Source: an uncultured Melioribacteraceae bacterium (GTDB lineage: Bacteria > Bacteroidota > Ignavibacteria > Ignavibacteriales > SURF-24). From it: a stretch of DNA of 18,645 nt. A program made the position numbers and the translations under genes. The stretch is taken from assembly GCA_965365345.1 (NCBI GenBank), contig CBDUBH010000072.1, positions 1 to 18,645 on the forward strand. Reading direction: 5' to 3'. How positions within the stretch are numbered: the stretch's first letter is position 1; the number at the start of each line of letters is the position of its first letter. Below are positions 15,392-18,645 of the stretch, one piece after another. The notes under the pieces were generated by a model. It was not told the origin of the DNA, ran no database searches, and saw nothing but the letters and a program-made list of their open reading frames with translations.

Positions 15392-17857
15392 ATGCGAGTT
15401 TTATACGGCATTTTATTTTTGTTAATTTTTTCTTCACAAACCTTTTCGCAGCAAATCGATATTAAGGATTATTTGCTCAACTCAAATAATTCTCCATCAA
15501 CTTTTATCCAGCAAAATCCAAGATTGTATTATAACAACAGTGATCAATTTTTTGTTGTTTGGGAAGATTACCGGAACGGAGTTTTAAAATATTTCGGACA
15601 AAGATTTGATTCCTCGGGAAATAAAATTGGTAAAAATTTTGAAGCACTTTCTAACGAACTTTCTGCAATGAATCTCAATGGAGAAATCTTTCAAACATCA
15701 GAATTAATTACTTCATATTATTTTTCCGAGCCCATTACACAATTAATTGGCAAAATAATTCAAATTGGTTATTCTTCAACGGATTATTTAGTCTATGGTT
15801 CTCTTCCCCATTATGACGTATGCGGAATGGGGTTTGCAGGTATAAAGCGGGAAATTTTTCCTATGGATAATAAGTTTATACTTTTTACTTATGATTACGG
15901 AAATTTGGTAAAACGAGATATTGTTTTGGATGGAAGTTCCACTAATGAAGTAATAATTACTGGTTACGAAAAACATGGAATCCATGCATCGAATTTTTCT
16001 TCCGCTGTAACTTCCAATGGAAATCATGCAACTTTATTTTTAACAAATGAAAATTGCAATTCCTATGAAATAAAAGATTCAATTAAATCCGGAATTTACG
16101 GTTCATTTTATGATAAAAATGATTCAGCTTTTGTAACTTTAAAATTAATTGCAGCTGATGATTCAAATATCCCTTATAATTTGTTTTCTACCATTAAGAT
16201 ATTTTCTTTAGATGATTCAACATATTTAGGCATTTACAATGACTTTAAAAATGCTGTGCTTAATTTTCAGAAATTTGATTTAAAAGGAAACAAAATTGAT
16301 TCTTCCGAAACATTATCTTTTGATTTTCCCGATTCACAATTTGAAAACATCACTGAAAAGAAGTATGATGATAAATTTGCAATAGTTTTTTCTTATACAT
16401 ATCCTGATAAAAATTTTAGAATTTTTGTTGATAAGTCTGGTAAAATTATTTCCGGAATAGAATTTGATACTGCCCTAAATTACAAATTCAATAATTCTTT
16501 TTTAAAAAATGAAAATGAATTATTTACGGTAAAAAAAATCAACAGCGATATTTATCTTCAATCAATTTTGAACAATGAGTTCAAAGATTCATTAAAAATA
16601 AATGATGACATTAACGGCAGCAATGAAACTTCACCTTCACTTGTAAAATTTCCCGATAAAAAAATTCTTGTTTCTTTTACAGATGAAAATTCTATCCGCT
16701 CCAAATTTATAACTTCCGATCTTTATATTTCGACGGAAGAAAATAAAATTAACGGAAGACCTGTGAAATCTTTTTCTGATAACAGTTTTGTAACCTCTTG
16801 GAAAATCTGGAAACCTGATTATAAAAGCATTTATGGAATTTCTTTTTATGATGATAATTTCAATCTAATTAAGAATGACACTTTACTTTTCGGACAAGAT
16901 TATGATGATAATGTTTTTTATTCATCTCTAAATGATTCAACTTTTTTGATAAATATACGCGTTGATAATAATATTCTACAGCTTAGAAATAAATCCGGTA
17001 TTATTAAAGAAAAAGAATTTGAAAGATTTGAAAGTATTTTTATAGAAGATGAAAATTCATTTTGGATTGCAACGGCAAATTCAGTCACTCTTTTTAATGA
17101 TGATTTTAACGCGATTTCAGAAACTTTTGCAATTCCTAATATTCCAGTAGTTTATTTAGGAAATAATAATTTTGTTTATTTAACGCGAACAGAAAGCCCT
17201 TATTTTTCTGGCTATTTTACATATTACGCCAAAATTATTAATGTCAATGGAACAATTATTAAAGATGAAATTCCGATTAGTTCTACATATTCATTTAATC
17301 CTGACTACAAAATTTTTAGATTAAACGATAATTCATTTGGAATTATTTATCCCAACGGAAATGAATTTTTATTAAATTCTTACTCAATTACAGGAAAAAA
17401 AATAATTGAAAAAGTAAAAATCCATTCGAATTCCGGCGATGTTAAACAGAATCCTGCAGTTTTAATTTATGATAACAAAGTTTTCTTCGCTTGGCAGGAT
17501 AATAGAATTCCGGAAAACGGGTTCGATATTTATTTTTCACAAATGGATTTGGGAACTTTAACTTCTGTAGAAAGAATTGATGATCAAGTTCCGGAAGAAT
17601 TTGCTTTGCTACAAAATTACCCGAATCCATTTAATCCGAGTACAGCAATTAGTTATCAACTATCGGCACAATCAAAAGTTGAGTTGAAAATATTTGATAT
17701 TTTGGGAAGAGAAGTTCAAACTTTGGTAAATGAAATTCAAGATGCCGGAAATTATAAAGTTACTTTCGATGCGTCAAAACTTTCATCCGGAATTTACATT
17801 TATCAAATCAAGGCAGGAAATTTTATTCAATCGAAAAAAATGAATTTAATAAAGTAA
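15392..17857 (+). CDS. Large secreted protein with a T9SS (Por secretion) C-terminal sorting domain. Function unknown; probably beta-propeller-like.
   Basis: 821 aa. GGAGGGG SD. Signal peptide MRVLYGILFLLIFSSQTFSQQ. The C-terminal about 80 aa (LLQNYPNPFNPSTAISYQLSAQSKVELKIFDILGREVQTLVNE...SGIYIYQIKAGNFIQSKKMNLIK) is the classic T9SS type A sorting domain. Confidence 0.85.
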   Translation: MRVLYGILFLLIFSSQTFSQQIDIKDYLLNSNNSPSTFIQQNPRLYYNNSDQFFVVWEDYRNGVLKYFGQRFDSSGNKIGKNFEALSNELSAMNLNGEIFQTSELITSYYFSEPITQLIGKIIQIGYSSTDYLVYGSLPHYDVCGMGFAGIKREIFPMDNKFILFTYDYGNLVKRDIVLDGSSTNEVIITGYEKHGIHASNFSSAVTSNGNHATLFLTNENCNSYEIKDSIKSGIYGSFYDKNDSAFVTLKLIAADDSNIPYNLFSTIKIFSLDDSTYLGIYNDFKNAVLNFQKFDLKGNKIDSSETLSFDFPDSQFENITEKKYDDKFAIVFSYTYPDKNFRIFVDKSGKIISGIEFDTALNYKFNNSFLKNENELFTVKKINSDIYLQSILNNEFKDSLKINDDINGSNETSPSLVKFPDKKILVSFTDENSIRSKFITSDLYISTEENKINGRPVKSFSDNSFVTSWKIWKPDYKSIYGISFYDDNFNLIKNDTLLFGQDYDDNVFYSSLNDSTFLINIRVDNNILQLRNKSGIIKEKEFERFESIFIEDENSFWIATANSVTLFNDDFNAISETFAIPNIPVVYLGNNNFVYLTRTESPYFSGYFTYYAKIINVNGTIIKDEIPISSTYSFNPDYKIFRLNDNSFGIIYPNGNEFLLNSYSITGKKIIEKVKIHSNSGDVKQNPAVLIYDNKVFFAWQDNRIPENGFDIYFSQMDLGTLTSVERIDDQVPEEFALLQNYPNPFNPSTAISYQLSAQSKVELKIFDILGREVQTLVNEIQDAGNYKVTFDASKLSSGIYIYQIKAGNFIQSKKMNLIK

Positions 17858-17863
17858 TATTTG

Positions 17864-17891
17864 GTAGGGACGTAGCATGCTACGTCCCTAC
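17864..17891. terminator. Perfect 28-bp palindrome between convergent genes; probable bidirectional terminator
   Basis: GTAGGGACGTAGCA|TGCTACGTCCCTAC is a perfect inverted repeat around a central GCATGC. It lies 7 nt after the T9SS-protein stop and 18 nt after the DUF4142 gene stop on the other strand. The flanking T-tracts are weak. Confidence 0.5.
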
Positions 17892-17908
17892 AGATATAAA
17901 TTTTATTA

Positions 17909-18481
17909 CTAATTTTGTTCAGCTAACTTTCCATTAATTCTTACAGCTTCTGCTAAATGTTTTTGCAGTGCGGGCAAAGTTTTCGAAGCCCAATTTCTAA
18001 TTGTAGAATCTAACTCTGTTGAATTAGCAGCCCTTTGAAATTCCTGAACATCTTTTTGATGCGCATCAACCATATTTCGCATATACTCAATATCGAATTG
18101 TTTGCCGGTCAAATTTTCCATGCTTTCCATTTTAATTTTGTGTTCTGCTATTAATGAATCAGTCAAATTCATATTCAAATTTCCAGCAAGAGATTTTAAT
18201 TCAGCGTTAGCTTTTGAGTGTTCGTTTACCATCATTTCGCCAAACTTTTTCACTTCCCTACCCTGAGCTTTCTGCTGAGCCATTCTGCCTAACTCAACTT
18301 CCATCAATCCGGAACTGGCTGCTTTTACGGGAAAGTATTGAATTGAATCCTGAACGCCAGTATCCATTGCTAAAGTTGTATCAGTATTTTCAAGGTTTTC
18401 ATTGTGATTATCATTTCGTCCATCACATCCGATCAATATTAACAATGCAAAAACAAAAAGTATTTTGAAATATTTTAACAT
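17909..18481 (-). CDS. DUF4142-family lipoprotein (putative outer-membrane/periplasmic four-helix protein)
   Basis: 190 aa. GAAGGAAG SD. Lipoprotein signal with lipobox LILIGC. The core VKAASSGLMEVELGRMAQQKAQGREVKKFGEMMVNEHSKANAELKSLA...FDIEYMRNMVDAHQKDVQEF matches the DUF4142 pattern (AAxxGxxEVxLGxLAxxK...VKxFGxMMVxDH...EL; FDxxYxxxMVxDHxxxV). Confidence 0.75.
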   Translation of the reverse strand: MLKYFKILFVFALLILIGCDGRNDNHNENLENTDTTLAMDTGVQDSIQYFPVKAASSGLMEVELGRMAQQKAQGREVKKFGEMMVNEHSKANAELKSLAGNLNMNLTDSLIAEHKIKMESMENLTGKQFDIEYMRNMVDAHQKDVQEFQRAANSTELDSTIRNWASKTLPALQKHLAEAVRINGKLAEQN

Positions 18482-18645
18482 ATTCTTCCTTCTATTTTTA
18501 ATAAATCCTATTTTATTTTAAATTATAACGGAACCGGAAAAATTCAAGTCAGGGTTTATTACTGAAGTTTTCAAAGGGGAATTTATAAATCTATTTTATT
18601 TTTTGATTTTAAGATTTTAATTCGATTTGATTATTGAAATCATTT

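Noticed and set aside
15788-17630. Minus-strand ORFs of 79 and 62 aa inside the T9SS protein gene
   Set aside because: They are antisense to an 821-aa ORF with a signal peptide, SD and a T9SS C-terminal domain.
18214-18468. 84-aa plus-strand ORF
   Set aside because: It is antisense within the DUF4142 lipoprotein gene.

Overview
This is an AT-rich bacterial chromosomal segment, roughly one-third GC by eye. Three things point to an FCB-group organism, most plausibly Ignavibacteria-like. One protein carries a T9SS (Por) C-terminal sorting domain. One is a DUF4142-type lipoprotein. Most genes have Shine-Dalgarno sequences. I found no CRISPR, IS element, integrase, RT or obvious defence or toxin genes. 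Gene order: tRNA-Ala(GGC) at the left edge (minus); a MORN-repeat/TonB-C protein (minus); a dihydroorotate-dehydrogenase-like flavoprotein (minus); a single-chain pyruvate:ferredoxin oxidoreductase NifJ (minus); a mutagenesis cassette of Y-family polymerase plus DnaE2 (minus); a secreted Trp/Tyr-rich protein with a long charged disordered tail (minus); an M49-like zinc peptidase (plus); an NfeD-flotillin (YuaF/FloT-like) pair (plus); a large T9SS-secreted protein (plus); and a DUF4142 lipoprotein (minus). The dnaE2 gene stops after the PHP and palm domains and is followed by about 450 bp of non-coding AT-rich DNA, so the cassette looks decayed. Most genes are followed by clear hairpin-plus-T-run terminators, several of them bidirectional. 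The most unusual items are the truncated mutasome polymerase, the extreme W/Y-rich secreted protein with a polyampholyte tail, the T9SS cargo protein bracketed by a repeated WxDxR...DIY motif, and a MORN-TonB_C fusion. There are also several palindromes and hairpins in intergenic leaders. I did not see a self-contained novel multi-gene system and do not claim one.
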